64,000 bases of DNA from Callorhinchus milii. Lineage: Eukaryota. Position numbers and translations under genes: made by a program. The stretch is taken from assembly GCF_018977255.1 (NCBI RefSeq), contig NW_024704743.1, positions 74,464,001 to 74,528,000 on the forward strand, read 5' to 3'. Of this stretch, positions 1-13,434 are shown piece after piece (within the stretch, counting starts at the first letter, position 1; every line of letters starts with the position of its first letter). The notes below the pieces were generated by a model, which saw only the letters and a list, made by a program, of their open reading frames with translations, searched no databases and had not been told where the DNA came from.

Positions 1-181
1 AGTTAACTCTCCACAGTGTAGCATCTATTGGTCTGGGCTGATTGATTCAATTTACTAACTTTGATCTAAGCATGTGACTGCCCAGCCAGATCTGTGTTGC
101 TTCATTCAGTGATCTGTCAGTTTTATGTTTTCAGTCACAGCTTGATTATTCTGACCATCCTGCGGTTTAAGAAATCCTGTG

Positions 182-360
182 ATAATAAAAAAAATCCTTG
201 CATTTGATATAGCTTTTTTCACGTCTTTGAGACGTCTCAAAGCGCTTCACAGAATATACTGTAAAGTGAATTGACTGTATATTTGTGGGCGAAACTACGG
301 CAATTGCGCACAGCAATGTCCCAGAAACAGTCGTGGATTGAGTAACCAAATTTTTTTTAT
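182..360 (-). mobile_element. 3' half of the tRNA-derived SINE
   Basis: Family body and tail. Confidence 0.85.
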
Positions 361-417
361 ATAGGTTATTACTGTTCTTATGTTCTTGCATACCAACCAC
401 CAAATTATGTAGAACTA

Positions 418-808
418 AGTATCAGCCTGGTTTAGTTCAGTAGCATCCTCGTCTCTGAGGTAGAAGGTCATGAATTCAAACCCCATGTTGGGATTTTGCA
501 CTCAGGCTGACACTCCAGTGTGGTTCTGGGGAAAAGCTGTATTCCTCAAATGGCCATTTTTCGGATGAGATGTTAAAATGATGCCCCGTCTGCTCAGGTG
601 GGTGTTAAAGATCCCGTGGCACTATTTGTAAAGAGAAGGGAGTTTCTGGACAAAAATTCCCGAAATAACAATTGGGCATCCACTTGGCTGTTTATGGGAC
701 ATTGCTGCCACTTTTGACCACAAATAAAGTCACTGCACTAAAGCCAAACAGTAATTCTCATGAATCGCTTTGAGACATTCTTCTGATTTCAAATGCAAGA
801 ATTATTAT
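418..808 (+). mobile_element. Old Deu-domain SINE (SacSINE1/AmnSINE1-like)
   Basis: Degenerate tRNA-like head, then GGATGAGATGTTAAA...CCCCGTCTG...TAAAGATCCCGTGGCACTATTTG, which I recognise as the Deu domain. Confidence 0.7.
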
Positions 809-3314
809 AGAATTTCATGGAGTCTACACCATTAAAAAAAAGGCTATTCAGCCTGTCTATTCTGCAGTGATGTTCATGTCTCCACCCAGTTCAATCCCAT
901 CCATGTTCGTGAGACACTGCTGTGTGTAAAATTGGCTGCTGTGTTTTCCCACAAAATACAGTCACTACATTTTATAATATATCCCTTGAAGGGGCTTTGA
1001 CTCATCCACCTGACATGAAATATATATATCAAATGTAAGGATTATTATTTATTTCCACATACCCTTTTATAATTCTCATTTTTTAGACTTTTTCAATTCC
1101 CTCTTAAAAATGATTCTGCCTTAGAATATTAGTAGATGACATACAACCATTCAACTATTCACATTTATCCAACAAATAACCAGGAGATATGACTGCCAGA
1201 AGTATTACATGATGTTAGGAGGATAGGATGGGTAGACTGGAAGGATGAGATGGAATGGGCTGAAGAGCCTACTTCATCCGAATCTGAGCAGGAGCTGAAT
1301 TAAGTGTGACTGCTATTTCTGACATAGTACAAATGGAACCCTTATGCAGTTACATGCTAGCAGAATCGGGACTAAAAATGTTTTTACTAAACCACAATAC
1401 AGAATACCAGCTAAAAATAGAAATGAACAATGTTTCTCTAGTCAATGCAGCTGAAAGTTGTTGTTGCTCTTGGACATTACCCTGTGTGAAGGACGCTATA
1501 TAAATGCAAGTTGTTGTTGTTGTTCCCAGTTAAACCATATACAGTGCAAAGAAACTCATCAAGTATGAGCTAGAGAGAGTGATCTCTTCAAATCCTCTGC
1601 ACCATTTTTAAAATAATTGTAAATTAATTTTTAAAATCAGACCAAATGCTATCAGTTCTTTCGGGCCTGGCACTGGCCTTCCTGCTAGAACACCCACCTC
1701 ACGTCCCCCATCACAGCATTAAGCTACTTTTTAAATGAGTTCAGTGTCCTGGCTTGTTCGTGTTCTATTTTCTCATATTCTTTATTGTGGTCAACATCAA
1801 TGAATCTCTGACAAATTGCATTCTGCAGATGACAATCCCTTTTGCACATGTGAGACTTGTCCCACAGTTTTCTAAAAGGTATTTAATATTTATTCAATCT
1901 TTAGTATGCAATCCCGTTCCTGACTGAGCATTCATCCTGCTTTATTTTAAAGGAACTAAATGAACACATTATTATTTGCTGTCTTTCCACAAATAACAAT
2001 AATATATAATAATCCTTGCATTTGATATCATGCTTATCCTATTGCGAAATATTTAAAAAGTGTAAAATCTCCCGTTTCATGGGAAAAATAATGATCTAAT
2101 GTCTAATTTTACTTGGTTTGGTGATTTTACAATTGCCTCCTCCAGGTCTGTCATCACAAAATAATTTGAATAACTTGTGTAGTTAATTATCTCTCTTTCA
2201 ATCTTCTTTTTCCCAGTGAAAACAACTTCAGTTATGCAAGTCCTCAAACACATTGCCTGAATCGTCTCCAATATATCAATGTCATTCTGAAAGTAGGGTA
2301 TCCAAAAGGTTTATTTCTGATTTTGAGACATCTTCTTACAAACAATGACTTGCACTTATGTTGTGCCTTTCACACATAAGGTAACACAGTCAAGGACTGT
2401 TTGAAGAGGTTTTGGAAGGCAGAGGGACAAGATACAGAGTCAAAGGGATTTGGGGAGGAAGTTGCTGAAAATGGGGCATAGTGGCAGAGAGCTTGACATC
2501 AGTGGTGAAAGAGAGGGGGCTGTGGACAAGCAGTAGACCAGGAGTGGAGGGTGCGAGCAGGAGAATGGGGAAGATGGCAGAGATAGGGTGTGACGAGAGC
2601 GTGATTGGGTTTTGACAGTCAGGATGAGGATCTTCAAAGTGATTTCCTGAGGGTCTGAACACCGGTGGACCATGGCAAGGATGGGAGTAATAGATGTTAA
2701 ATTCTTACTATCTATGCTGTTCTAAGTGACTACATTTAAAAATATGTTTTTCTTATTGATGGGTTGGTTGTTTTCACGTGACAATCAGGGTATAACTGAT
2801 ACGCATGCGATATAAGAGGATTCTGCTTGTGGAGCCTCAGAAAGTAGCTCAAGGTTTGACTTCAGCACTTGGTAATATGGAAGATTCTTTTGCTGTTTCC
2901 CCTCTCATTTGTCTTCTGTGTCATCCGGTTTCCTTCAGGGAAATGTTATTAGGAAGAGCTGGTAAACCAAGGTGTCCATATGCCCAGATTGTGTGGTTTA
3001 TTTACCTAGTGCGACAGCAGCCTTACCTGTACTTTGCTGATTACTGTGTGGAAGGTCGGTACCTGTCTTTGCACATCTTACAATAGGAAAATGAATAGAC
3101 CAAGATATTTGTAGCCAGTTCAACCAAATCCACCACAATATTTGGGCTGTAATAATGGGAGATGTCAATTATCTTGAGGTACATAGATGCTGTACTTCCC
3201 AGGCCCGTTTGACTGTTCAGGTAGATGTTAAAGATTTCATGGCACTATCTGGAAAGACAAGACAATTTTTCCTGGTGTCTTGACCAACAATCTCTCAAAT
3301 AAAATTGGTTATTC

Positions 3315-3925
3315 ACTTCAAGGCTGCTTGTGATTTTCTCCGTTCACTCCATCTGTGACCAGAGCTCTCTATCTCCTCGTCCTTCTCGATCTCTCTGCCA
3401 CCTTCAACACAGTCGACCACTCTATTCTTTTCCATCACTTCTCCTCTCAGCTCAACCTTCATAGTTCTGCCTGGTTTTGCTCTTACCTTTCCCATTATCA
3501 CCACTTTCTATCCACAAATGGTTTCACCTCCTGCCTCCAGAGTGGGATGGTGGAGGGTAGGGGTGAAAGCAGGGAGATTGAAAGCACGGTCAAAACGTTA
3601 CCAATCTGCACCCTCCCTCTGCTCGGCAGGCACTGGCCTGCTCCATGTCTCCCACCTGGCCCACTCCACCAACGGCACTTGGGCCTTCAGTCTTTCTTCC
3701 ACCACAGCCTGGAACTCCATCCCTCAGCCTCGCCCCGTCCCTTGTCTCCTTCAGGGCCCGTCTCAAGACCTTCCTCTTCGATCGTGCCTTTGGTTATCAT
3801 CCTACCTCCACGCCCCTTGCCCTCCATCCCTCATCTCCAGCCCCCAGCTCGGGTGTAAACCCTTCACTGTACTGCACCTCAGGCCATCCTCCCAACCTGA
3901 ATGCAATTTGTTGTGTTGTTATTGT
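3315..3925 (+). mobile_element. Rearranged L2 fragments
   Basis: LLVLLDLSATFNTVDHSIL (RT) followed by an L2 3' end ([13 protein letters not shown]). Confidence 0.8.
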
Positions 3926-5444
3926 TGTCATTCACTTCATCGCTGTTTGTGGGAAGTATTATTATCATATAAGATCACAAGATTGGTTTGGCCCATTTGA
4001 TTTCATCCTTCCAGAATACTCACCTACTGTCTGCCCATCATGTTATCAAACTGCTTTTTTAAAAAAAGTGTTCTGGCCTCAGTCATGTTTCCTGGTAACC
4101 TGCTCCACACGAATTAGAACAACCATTCTGTCCGTCAAACTTGTTCTGTCGTTTCATTGGATCATAACAGATGGGTTAATGCCATTCATTTTTTCCATAT
4201 CCCTTAATACCTTTGTTCCTAAGTAACTACAATATCTATTTCCCTTTAAAAACCTTGATTGATATTTTGTTCAATCTTCTGGGCCAGTGTATTTCACATT
4301 CTCATAACCCTTTTTTTCTGATCTCATTTCTAACCGTCGCAGCTCCAATTTTAAAACCTTATTTTTGAACCCTCTCCCAGAGGGAAGAGTTGTCCCACAT
4401 CTAACTTGTCAATTCCCTTATTTTAAAGGCTTCAATCAGATCACCCCTTAACCTATTTAGCTCCAGGGAATATAACCCAAGTTATCAGCCTTGTATTACA
4501 GCTAAGTGCCATCACTCTGGTGAATTTCCACTGGATTGCTGCCAAGGCTAATATAATAATAATAATCCTTGTATCTGAAATAGCACCTTTCACATAAGGA
4601 GGGAGTATAAAAATATTTCATAGATTTCATAAATATTTCATACACTGTAAAGTGTAGTGACTGTGTATTTTGTAGGTGAATGTGGCAGCCAATTTACACA
4701 CAACAATCAATGTCCAACAGCCATGAAGTGAGTGACCAGTTTTATTTTTTCCTGATTTTCTTCCTTAGGTGAAGTGTCTAAAACTGAACAGTACTTCAAA
4801 TGAGATCTGGTTAGCATTGTATAAGTTCTGCTTTTGTAATCAAAGCATATTGTAATGAATCCCAACAGCCCATTGCCTCTTTGAGTACTTTCCTCACATG
4901 CTTTAGCATGTACTAACTCGAGTAGATAAATAGGCAGAGTCTGTGGTCTGCAACTCAGAATATTAAGGTACGTGATGAAACAACAGAGGTACAATAACTG
5001 CAAAATATAGAGCTACTACATTTCACAGTCAAAATTCTGTGAAGTGCATTTAGATGTTCCAAAGATGTGATAAGGCACTATATCAGAGGATAATTATTAT
5101 TTTTATTATTAATGAAGTACAATATTCCTAAAATGTTTGCAAACACAAATGGTATCAAGAGTATCAACCTGTTCAAAAAATAGGGGAGGGGTGGGAAAGG
5201 GAAAAGTGAATAAGTACCCGAAGACCCGTTTGTCTCACATCTTTAATAGGAAACTGCTAGAGGGTAATGTTATTGAACACTTTGAGAAGAAATCAGTGAC
5301 ATTTAGTGGAGTTGAAAAAGCACTTTTTGGGGAGCGAAAAACCATCCAGGGAACTCCATTCATGTCAAGCTACTTGTGAGACCACTGCTCCCAAATCTTG
5401 GGTTCAGACTTCCAATCTCCAAACAACAACAACATGCATTTCTA

Positions 5445-5756
5445 CAATAATAATAATCCTTGCATTTGATATAGCGCTTTTCATGTTGGGAGGACGTCCC
5501 AAAGCGCTTCACAGAACACACTGTAAAGTGAATTGACTGTATATTTGTGGGCGAATGCGGCAGCCAATTGCGCACAGCAATGTCCCACAAACAGTCGTAG
5601 ATTGAAAATGACCAATTTATTATTATTTTTGGTTTTGGAGGGATTATTATTAGTCATTTGGAGTAAGGAAACTTGCCCAAGGTTTCCCTGCCTGGAATTG
5701 AACTCAGGTCTCTCGCTTGCAAAGCGAGTGCTCTTACCACTGAGCTACAGGACTCC
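5445..5756 (-). mobile_element. tRNA-derived SINE, full length
   Basis: Head GGAGTCCTGTAGCTCAGTGG with A and B boxes on the minus strand; tail ATCAAATGCAAGG(ATT)n. Confidence 0.93.
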
Positions 5757-7044
5757 ACAAAGCACCCTTCATGTGGGGCAGTGTCTTGGAGCGCTGAATA
5801 GTTTCCTGTTTACCAGCTTCTGAGATAGAGAGATGAAAATTGTAATCTGTAATAAGTTGTTTACCATTGGTATTAATTAACATAAGATTGGAAACTGTTG
5901 CCCGACAACATCTTAAATTATTGTCAGGTTCGTGTGTGTGGAACACCCAATTCCTTCCCCCCTCCCCCCATTCATCAGAACGGTGGGTCCTGAGGCCAGA
6001 ATCCTATGGACCTTTGGCTTGCAGGATACTGAATTGAGGTAAGCTGGTATTTTAGCTAACTAGCATTCCAGTGTTTTTTTTAGAACTACAGAAAAACAGC
6101 TTCCAAATTAAGGCTGAATTTCAGTCTTTTCCAAAAATCTTGAAATTTAAGGCTGTGGTCTTGAGACCAAAACTGTAAAGAATTTCAGACCTCTGGGATC
6201 ATGCTTCTTTATTGATTTATTTATATTTTGTTTTTTTTAAGAAACGTTACAGTTAGTTTTTGAAACTCTTTGATTCCTGCCATGGGCAACACTCAAGAAT
6301 GGTGCTATTCAGGTTAAGTAATAATGGCGAGATTGTATGTAGCTGAAGCCAAGCCTGACATTGCTTGGTGCTGGGAAATCCATGTGCTGCTCCTACAATG
6401 GATGTTGTGGAGAAACTCTGCCTTAGGATGTCTTTCTGGACGTTAGTTTTATTAGTTTTTTTGTCTATTCTAGGCTGGTTCTCTCATTTCATTGACTGTC
6501 GCTGCAAAGTTACATCAGTCCAGTCTGTTGGTTATTGCTTCCGTCTATCGCTGGGTTTGGCTGTGACCTAAGGTTAGTTTGGCCCCAGGAATCCTGAGCT
6601 TGAGATAGCAAGCAGTTCCTTGTCTTGCCGATGATTCTGTGCTGAGCGTGATTGTGGGGGCAATTATTTCTACTAATGCCGGGTTTGCAATTTCATATCA
6701 GGAATCCAACCAGGGCAAACCAATCAATTAAAATGCCAGAACTGTATTATAATTGATTTGCAGTTTTCTCATTGGTTCTTCACGGCTTGCTTGCTTTCAC
6801 AAGTCATATGGTAATGGAAGTAGATCTCAGCTGGTTATTTCTGCTGAAGTCTTAGAATAAATCCGAGCAAACTGAGCTGGAATGAGCAGCTGCTGGTCAC
6901 TGCAGACACAGTAAATCAGGATTGTTATTGAATCAGGATTAAATCTTACTGGGGGATAAATTTGCAACATTTCGTAATAGATTTGGATGTGGTAATTATG
7001 ATCCCGAGAGTTAGAGGGATAATAATAAATAATAATAATATGAG

Positions 7045-7390
7045 CTATAACCAATGTTTAGACAAGATAGGGCTTGTCAGTCTTCAGAGAAAATGTATCA
7101 CGGGGGAAATAGAGGTGTATAAAATTTTAAATGCCATTGAAGCACTAAACCCAGCACAATATTTTTGAATGCCCTACCTAAGACATTCAAAGAGGACGTA
7201 GTTTTACATTTGCAATGGACGATTTCTGGACAGACACCAATTAGTTTCTCTTTTCTGAGAGAGTGTTAACGACTTGAACAGGCTACCAGGATGACTGGTT
7301 TAGGCCAGGACATTGGACTCATTTGAAATACACAGCTTGATGCTGTGACAGGAAGATGGCAGGATGGTATTTTGGAAGGATGTGATCAAA
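7045..7390 (+). mobile_element. Older CR1 3' fragment abutting the younger CR1
   Basis: Encodes IEVYKILNAIE; 3' UTR resembles the CR1 relic at 45600-46150. Confidence 0.7.
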
Positions 7391-9316
7391 GCGCATTATA
7401 GAGAATGCAGGAGTGATCTTAAAAGAGTGATAAGACAGGCTAAAAGATCGCATGAGAAGAGGTTAGCGGGTAACATAAAAGGGAATCCTAAAATATTTTA
7501 CAAGCACCTGAAGGAAAAANGGTTAGTTAAAGGTAGGGTGGGGCCAATCAAAGACAATGACGGCAATCTTGTTGTGGAGGCAGAGGGCTGATGTACTGAA
7601 CGAGTACTTTGCATCTGTCTTCACAACGGAAATGGATGCCCCAAATGCCGCAGTATTGGATGAGAGGGCAGAGGAAATAGATCAGATTACTATAGACAGA
7701 GTGGAAGTTCTGAAAAGATTGACTGGGCTCAAAACTGATAAGTCACCAGCACCAGATGGGTTTCACCCAAGGTTGCTGTGGGAGATACGGGTTCAAATAG
7801 CGGAGGCTTTGGCCATTATATTTCAATCTTCATTGGACACAGGAGTGGTGCCAAGAGACTGGAGAGTGGCTAATGTTACCCCCTCTACAAAAAGGGGCAG
7901 AAAGACAAACCCGGAAATTACAGGCCAGTCAGCCTAACTTCGGTAATAGGAAAACTACTGGAGACCATAATCCGGGACAGAATAAATCTCTACTTAGAGG
8001 AACACGAGGTAATTAGAGACAGCCAACATGGATTTGTTAAAGGCAAATCTTGCCTAAGAAATCTAATAGAATTTTTTGAAGAGGTGACTGCGAGGGTTGA
8101 TGAGGGAAATGCGGTGGACGTTATTTACATGGATTTCAAAAAGGGTTTTGACACAGTACTGCAAAAGAGGTTAATACAAAAATTAGAGGCCCACGGTATT
8201 AAGGGGACAGTGGCAGTTTGGATTAAGAACTGGCTGAGTGACAGAAAGCAGAAGGTGATGGTTAATGGGTGTTTCTCGAAATGGAAGGAGGTGTGCAGCC
8301 GTGTCCCCCAGGGATCGGTATTGGGACCATTGCTCTTTCTAATATATATTAATGATCTGGACTGGGGCATAGAGAGCACTATTTCCAAGTTTGCAGATGT
8401 TAGGTAGGATAGTAAATAGTGAGGAGGACTGTAACCAACTGCAGGCAGACATACACAGAATGGTGGAATGGGCTGACATGTGGCAGATGGATTTCAATGT
8501 GGGTAAGTATGAGGTGATACACTTAGGTAGGAAAAATGATAGGAGGCAATATAGACTTTGTAGCTCAATCTTAAGGGGGNTGAACGTACAGAGAGATCTG
8601 GGTGTTCAAGTAAGCGAATCATTAAAGGTAGCGGGGCAGGTAGATAAGGCAGTAAAAAAGGCTTTTGGTGTACTGAGCTTTATTAGCAGGGGCATAGAGC
8701 ATAAGAGTAGGGAGGTTATGGTTAATCTATACAAAACACTGGTTAGGCCTCAGCTGGAGTACTGCGACCAGTTCTGGGCACCTTACTTCAGGAAGGACAT
8801 TAAGGCACTGGAAAGGGTGCAGAGGAGATTAACGAGAATGATACCAGGAATGGTACCTTAGCTATGAGGACAGGCTGGAGAAGTTAGGTCTTTTCCGATT
8901 TGAGCAGAGAAGGTTACGTGGGGACCTGATAGAGGTCTTCAAGATCATGAAAGGTTTTGACAGACTAGATAAGAAAAAGCTGTTTCCGCTGGTAGGTGTG
9001 TCTGTGACCCGTGGTCACAGTCTTAAGATATCTACCAAAAGAAGCAGAGGAGAGGTTAGAAGAAATGCTTTCACTCAGCGAGTTGTTTGAATTTGGAATG
9101 ATCTGCCTGAAAGGGTAGTGAAGTCCGATTCGATAACAGCTTTTAAGAGAGAACTGGATAGGTATCTGGGGAACACGGGTTTGCAGGGTTATGGGGAGAA
9201 CGCTGGTGATTTGGGTTAGTGAAAGTGACTTGCTCTGTCAAAGAGCCGGCACAGACTCGATGGGCCGAATGGCCTCCTTCTGTGCCGTAACATTCTATGA
9301 ATCTATGAATTCTATG
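7391..9316 (+). mobile_element. CR1 LINE, 5'-truncated, frameshifted RT region and 3' UTR
   Basis: Translated pieces [54 protein letters not shown]; 3' tail of (ATTCTATGA)-like repeats at ~9292-9316; frameshifts and stops. Confidence 0.95.
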
Positions 9317-11164
9317 AAAATCGACCTTAGGGTTTTTTTAAGATATGATAAGACCCTATATCAAATGCAAGGATCATTATTATTTAATCCAAATCAATTT
9401 TAGGAACTATTATATTGAATTATCATAAATAATGGAATTTCAGACATTAATTATGGACAGATTCTGGGGCTGAACACCTCCGTCACTCTAACGCAATGGC
9501 TTGTTCCTCAGAGCAGCCTTCGCAGGTTTGGCAGGCACTTGCGGGTATGAGCAACCCGTGGTGATGCCAGTGAGCAAGCAGCATGATGACACAATGACAC
9601 TGGACGCACCACACAGAACGCAAAGAATTGGCCGCTACTGTAATATTGGCTGATACTCAATCACTGCATCACCACTGATCACCGTCTCAAAATTTTAGTA
9701 TTCTTAAAATTAATCCATTCCTTCTTGAAGGAACTTAATTAACAGATTTTGAAATATTACTCTTCATCTCTTGAATTCTACAGTTGGTAATAATGATAAT
9801 AATGATAATAATTGTAGTGGTCAAAGCTGTCTGAAAATCCTGTGATCTTCATTCCCACTCAGAAGAAATATTTTTTGAGCGCCAACACTGCCATTTGCTC
9901 AGGGGATACTGGCTTAATTCAATTGGTCCAACCTCAGGGAAACTGGTATTATGTCTTTCATTTTCCACCTGTACCAAAGGTTTTTAAAGCAGAAAGATTC
10001 ATTTAAGTTCTCTCTTGGAGCCTATATATGCTTGTCCTTGACAGAGGACAGAACCAAATTAAATTCTATTTCCAGACTACCTCTCATTGAAAGGCAGAAG
10101 ATGAGATACAGAAGCAAAAAGGTATGGTGAAGCATTTTCGAGACAGATGGCCTCTATTCAGTATATGCCTAGAGTGGGGCAGGATAGCAAGCTCTCACAG
10201 GCACTCATATCACTGACAGAAAGAGGGGCACTCACACATCACTGAAATAACTGGATTGGGGGAGATCATCGGCCTGTCCATTCCACCAGGGGCTTCAGGA
10301 CTAAAGTGGAGCAAAGATAAGATAAACCTGGGGGAAGGAACAGGAAATTGGAAATAGGATAGATGGCTTCATTGAAGGAACAAACAAGAACACTAATAAA
10401 CGGGTTGAATACAATACAAATTTACATTTATATAGCGTCTTTCATTTTCAGAGATTCTAAGGCGTTAGATGTCTTACTGCGGTATCTAGATTACTAGGAA
10501 GGGTGAGGGAAGCAGTTGAACCAAAAGGGTTCTTCTGTTTATTTAATGTATCAGATCATTCTTGCAAATGACTTGATTACAATTGCAGAGGATTTCAAGC
10601 CAAGCAAAATAAAATCCATTATTATTAATATATTATTAATAATTATTAATGTTAATAATTATTAATAATGTATTTTTAATAGTAATATCCAGCTGCAGCT
10701 TCAAAGCCAATGTGAATGATTAATGATTAGGTTCTATTCTTATGTGATTCGTTGCCTGTTGCTGCAGTAGAGTGACTTACTTTATACTGCCTGCTCCAAA
10801 ACCTTGTGGAGGAGGGCATCTGTGCACATGTGTGAACAAAAATCCAAGCCAGAACTCTACTAACTGCCAATGAACCTTGGTCAATTTTCAATGTGAACGA
10901 GCCAGGATCTATCAGCTCTTTAACATTGATCTTGCTTCCTGCATTTGCCTCCAAATACAGTCACTACAGTTGTGAGCCTTTGTTTGTGAATATAGGCAAT
11001 TTATGTTGACCGGCTATTCCACTGTCACAGCTGGGTGATTTTCCCCTCCCAATCTCTGGCATCCCTACTGCTTCCTTGGCTGAGATCAGTTAACGTAATA
11101 CTCAATGTCTTACAAAATTGAACTTGTGCCTTCTTGGGCTATATGGCTTTGTGTTACACCATGG

Positions 11165-12295
11165 ACAACAACAACAACACGAACAAGATTCCATTTATAG
11201 AGCGCCTTTCACGTCGGGAGGACGTCCCAAGGCGCTGTACAGTTGGGTCAGGACCCGAGCAGGGGGGAAATGGTCAGGGTGAGGGGAGGGAGGGAGGGAG
11301 CGAGGAGGGGGAAATGGTCAGGGTGAGGGGAGGGAGGGAGGGAGCGAGGAGGGGGTAGAGAGTCGAGAGGGGAGCTGAAGGCACGGTCAAAGAGAAAGGT
11401 CTTGAGACCGGCCTTGAAGGAGGAAAGGGAGGAGGCGGCGAAGGCACTGGGGGATGGAGTTCCAGAGCCTCGGGGCTGAGAGGTTGAAGGCCCGGCCACC
11501 GATGGTAGGGCGGTTGGGGCGGGGGATGTGGAGCAGACCGGAGCCAGAGGAACGGAGGGTACGGGCAGGTAGGTAGGGGGATAGTAGGTTGGAGAGGTAG
11601 GAGAGAGCAAGGCCGTGAATGGCCTTGTAGGTGAGGATGAGGATCTTGAAATCAATCCTCTGGGGAATGGGGAGCCAGTGGAGGCGAGCGAGGGTGGGAG
11701 TGATGTGGTCCCGAAGTCTGGTGTAGGACAGTACACGAGCTGCAGAGTTCTGAATGACCTGCAGCTTGTGAAGGGAGGTGCCGGGAAGGCCGGCGAGGAG
11801 AGAGTTCCCATAGTCCAGCCTTGAGGTGATAAAGGCGTGGACCAGAGTTTCAGCGGCGTGAGGGGTGAGGTAGTGTCGTAGTCTGGCGATATTCCGGAGG
11901 TGATGGAAGGCGGTGCCAGTTGTGGCGCAGATATGGGGGAGAAAGGACAGCTCAGGGTCGAACAGAACTCCGAGGTTCCTGACGGCTTTGAGAGGTGGAG
12001 AGTGCAGCCTTGGATGCTGATGCTGTCAGCGCCTGAGGTGCGGAGGCGCTGACGTGAGCCAATCAGGAGGGCCTCAGTTTTGCGCACGTTGAGCTGAAGA
12101 AAGTCGTCTCTCGTCCAGGACTCAATGTCAGACAGGCAGGCTGTCAGGACATCGGTGGTCGTGGAGTTGAAGGTAGAGGAGGAAAGGTAGAGTTGGGTGT
12201 CATCCGCATACATGTGGAAGTTAACCCCATGTCTGCGGATGATGTCACCAAGGGGGAGCATATAGAGGGTGAAGAAGAGGGGACCGAGGACCACA
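11165..12295 (-). mobile_element. L2 LINE, 5'-truncated RT 3' half (first copy in the duplication)
   Basis: [36 protein letters not shown]; frameshifted downstream; (GTT)n tail near 11165. Confidence 0.93.
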
Positions 12296-13316
12296 AACTG
12301 CAAGAAACTGTACCTAAGTACACAATAATAATCTTATGAATGCCAGTTCAACCATCACCAAATGCAGCTCCTCTATATTTCAGTTATCTTAATCTGATTC
12401 ACAAAATTATCATTGCTGCCTCTTCAAAAGGTTTGAGGGGGACTTGGTGTTCAATACATGCAGAAACTGATTGCCATGATTAAAAGTGTCCCAACCAGAC
12501 TGAGGTCTACCTATGGGTGTCTTTGAAACATTAGAAACACAGTAGATTTTACTTCAATGTTCCACTGAAGAATCATACCTAAATTATTGATCTGTCGTTG
12601 GAGTCCTAAACCAAGTGATTGTCCAACACAGGGATTCCTTAATTAAGGACGATTGTAAATTTTAAAGCAATGGATTCAAGGCTCAGATAGTCCTTAAGCA
12701 CTTCTGTTCCTCTTGTTTAGGGGATCAACTCATACCTCAGTGAATTGACTCACTTTCTTAATGTAGCACAAGTGGTAAATTGGAATACTATATTTCAAAA
12801 TATGCAATGTTCCCAGTTGGCCAATAACTCAATGCAAACTGCATCTTCATAACAATATCAAGTTCCTGACAGATCCTCAAAGTATTTCTGTTTTCAGAAG
12901 CTACCTTGGGAGCAGTAATCCTTTTTGATTCACCAACAGTGGCTGCCAAAGCCCAAGATGAAGCAAGTCAAGGCCAGTACCCGTCCAATTATAACATAAG
13001 GTTATGTTATCTGTCTCACTACCAATAGCTGTGTCTGAAGAGGTTTAAGCTGAGCAAGGAAATTTTGATTGACTTATGTGAGCAATATAGTGATGTGCAA
13101 ACTTGATTTATAATTTCTTCAACAAATCTGCTAACTGTAAATGTGACAGCAGTTATTAACTTTTATACTATCAGCCTCTGCCAGACATCACTGGACTGTG
13201 TGTAGCAATTGTCAGTCAACTACTGCAATTCACATTATGTATTGAGGAACAGAAGCCTGAAATTGCACATAGGTTTAGCCTTAAGATCATTGCGGCAAAA
13301 ATTAAGATTGTGCAAC

Positions 13317-13434
13317 ATTTTTGAAAATTCTTAAATTCAGTCTCAATTTGGATTCTGGTTTACCACAATTCGTTTTGGATACTGGGGAAAAAATGACTTC
13401 CAAATTGAGACTGAATTTAAGAATTTTCAAAAAT
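13317..13434. repeat. Perfect 36-bp inverted repeat in a palindromic MITE-like element (repeated at 18759-18876)
   Basis: ATTTTTGAAAATTCTTAAATTCAGTCTCAATTTGGA (13317-13352) is the exact reverse complement of 13399-13434; 46-bp spacer. Confidence 0.92.

Noticed and set aside
7557..8861. Functional reverse transcriptase gene
   Set aside because: Split across frames with stops and 5'-truncated; a dead CR1 copy. Two ambiguous n bases nearby also show local sequence uncertainty.
11030..11130. LF-SINE-like remnant (GGCTGAGATCAGTTAAC); similar hints at ~1-80 and ~44260-44450
   Set aside because: Similarity is too short and degraded to call without a profile search.
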